This document shows positions 61,683 through 64,000 of a stretch of 64,000 bases of DNA, piece by piece. The notes under the pieces are model-generated. The model searched no databases. It saw only the letters and a program-made list of their open reading frames with translations, and had not been told where the DNA came from. Each line of letters starts with the position of its first letter. Within the stretch, counting starts at the first letter, position 1. Position numbers and translations under genes: made by a program. Source of the stretch: Octopus bimaculoides (Eukaryota); the NCBI RefSeq assembly GCF_001194135.2, contig NC_068981.1, positions 177,336,166-177,400,165 of the forward strand, written 5' to 3'.

Positions 61683-62219
61683 ATCAGTTTTACACCATCA
61701 TGCTATGATTGAAATATATGCACTTAGACAATTGGAAAAATGTAATACTTTGAAGCTTCACAAAGAAATAGCTGTTTCGGCACGTTCATAAACGTGTGAC
61801 GTTTTATGACTTAGAAAATGAACCATATAAACTTCTTATATTGATGTAAACATTTTTTTTTAAAGATTTATACTCCCAAAAGAATAGAGGAGAATTCTGA
61901 TTACGGATTTCAAGTTGATATTCTCTTTCATGTATAAGCAAATTTTAAATAGTTTCCAGAATTGGAACCAAAGCTAAAGAGAAACGGCAAAGAAAAGTAA
62001 AACTGGAATCATATACAACGAATAATGGGACACTATTAGAAAAGCGTTGGAAAGTTTGAACGAAACAGGAATCGGAAGAAGTATGTATTGTTTATGGGAA
62101 ACTTCAGGCTAAAGATTCCTTTGGCTGGAATATATGACACTATGATCAATGCCAGATTATACCTAGAGAATTTCTTTGTCCGAGTTATCAAAATTTATTC
62201 TCAATATGACTTCATACAC

Positions 62220-62800
62220 AGATTTGTTCCGTGTTCGTGATTTTACTTTCGCAGAAGTTAGGTTTTTCTTGATATATTTCCGTGGCTGACCTCGCTAATT
62301 TGTCTTCGTAGTGCGTTTCTTAAGCATTAATTTGTTAAACAGGAATCAGTAGATAAGTACTGTAAATAACATCTTCTTTAGGTTTACATTTGTTTCCAGT
62401 TTATTTTACTCATGGAGACATTTACCAAGTTTTTTCTGCATTCCATCGTTTTCCATGTGTACAGAATAGATCGATCATTTTGCATTGACTAGCGAGCACG
62501 TCGATTAACTCTGATTGGCCCCATCGATAAGCCCACCTCTTTTAATGTCATCTTTGTGAAATTACTCTTCTAGCTTTCTGTCGCATTCTTGTATCATTTA
62601 TTTGCTATTGTTATCTATGGGTGTACATGATGCTGCCTTGCGTGCTAGCTTCTTATGCTATCGCAGTTATTACTCTGCAGTGAAACCACTTCTAAACTTA
62701 AAGGTGTCTTGTTAATAGGCTTATTCCTCACATCTCATTCGCTGGTTGTAAACAAATATAGTTACCGACTCTTTTCTTTCTAAACCAGTTAAACTAGTTC
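62220..62800 (-). mobile_element. Possible very old LINE RT relic
   Basis: Only faint similarity to RT motifs (GVRQGD..SP region, LRFADD region), with many stops. Confidence 0.3.
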
Positions 62801-64000
62801 TATTTCATCTTCTTAATTAATATCGTCCCCTATTGTCTCTTATATTTTACTCTAATATAGTACAATAGACAGCCTCTCCTTTCTTTGATTTGGGCTAGGT
62901 TGAGATTTTTCGGTGAAAATTGGAGCGAAAAACTTCGTTAAAACTGTTATTTCAAAAGTGTCTCGTGACTGCGGTGACGTCTTGTGTTCCTTTGAGCATT
63001 CTCTTAATACCTTTAGAAAACTGAAGAGTTATCTACAGAATATTATGGGACAAAATCGTCTGAACCATTTAACCCTAATCTGAATTGTACGAGCATACAC
63101 AAATGAAGATGTTGTTAAGGTTATCAACATATTCAGATTTTCGAAGAATAAGAGACCTACTTTATCCTGATTTCCTTCTTCCTTGCTATGATGAGCATAA
63201 AAATGTCATCAAATATCATTTCGTGATGAAAACATTTTGCAATATTTGTTGTTGGAGCAGCATTATAGTTTTTAGATTTTCATCAATTAACTTAACTTGC
63301 TATGATTTTTCTATAAACTTCTGGTTTTACTTCTATAATTCAAAAGTTTTTCAAGCAGAAGATTTAGGTTCTACCTCAGCCCCACCCAAATTTTGCCCAT
63401 ACATTTGTGTACTAGTACTATTTTCGGTCCTTTCCCTCTATTCTTTTCTTCTATAAGTAGTCTTTCCTGTTTGAATTGTACTTTGAATATTCAAAGGTTG
63501 CCCAAAGCCCGACACTTTGGTTCTCGTTATTGTCACTCCGCGAGTCATTCTCAAAATAGAAAAAAAAATGTAGGTTTATTTTTGTTAGTTTGTTTTTTGC
63601 ATTAGATTAAACTTAATCGTATTTCAAGATGAAGAAAATAAGATCACTTAGTGGCAAAAATATTTGATAATTTAATAATATAATGATTATGCTTATTTAA
63701 TTTTAGTGGTAATATTAGCACACCGTTTGGTTTCTTGATGTGTCAAGCTGTTGTGTTAGCAGACCATTTGTCGTTTTTTAAGCAAATATATTTATAAAGA
63801 AACTGTGAATTCTTTTTTACAGATCAATATTCATCCATTCATGCACAGAAATTTTCGTCTTTCATTCTTCCGATGTAGATAAAAATAGGTACCAGTCATA
63901 TATAAGTATTAATTCTTTACAAAATTTGAAATTTCCATTTAACAAATCATATATATATATATATATACACACATTATTTTTACACCTCTATTGTGACACT

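Overview
Eukaryotic, AT-rich, repeat-dense draft-assembly sequence with several N gaps (111-120, 7148-7895, 23322-23331, 30392-30557, 38800-38817, 50638-51308, 52311-52735, 54888-55580, 59803-59976). The SINE families and microsatellite load resemble an octopus (coleoid cephalopod) genome; this is recalled resemblance, not a database hit. No conserved gene could be named. Most of the window is transposon debris: CRE-like, L2/CR1-like, RTE and L1/Tx1 LINE fragments, Ty3/Gypsy RT, a Penelope-like GIY-YIG element, mariner/Tc1 relics, MITEs and at least four SINE-like families. A CpG-depleted domain (about 16.3-38.6 kb) ends at a CpG-rich, promoter-like region (38.9-39.7 kb). This suggests a methylated minus-strand gene body. 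Its best-supported exon (35758-35895) encodes a signal peptide. It can splice in frame to an exon (33337-33497) made of a 27-bp coding minisatellite (xFNLRSSRQ repeats), giving a candidate secreted, possibly processed, repeat protein. All translations, alignments and counts were done by eye, and boundaries of decayed elements are approximate.
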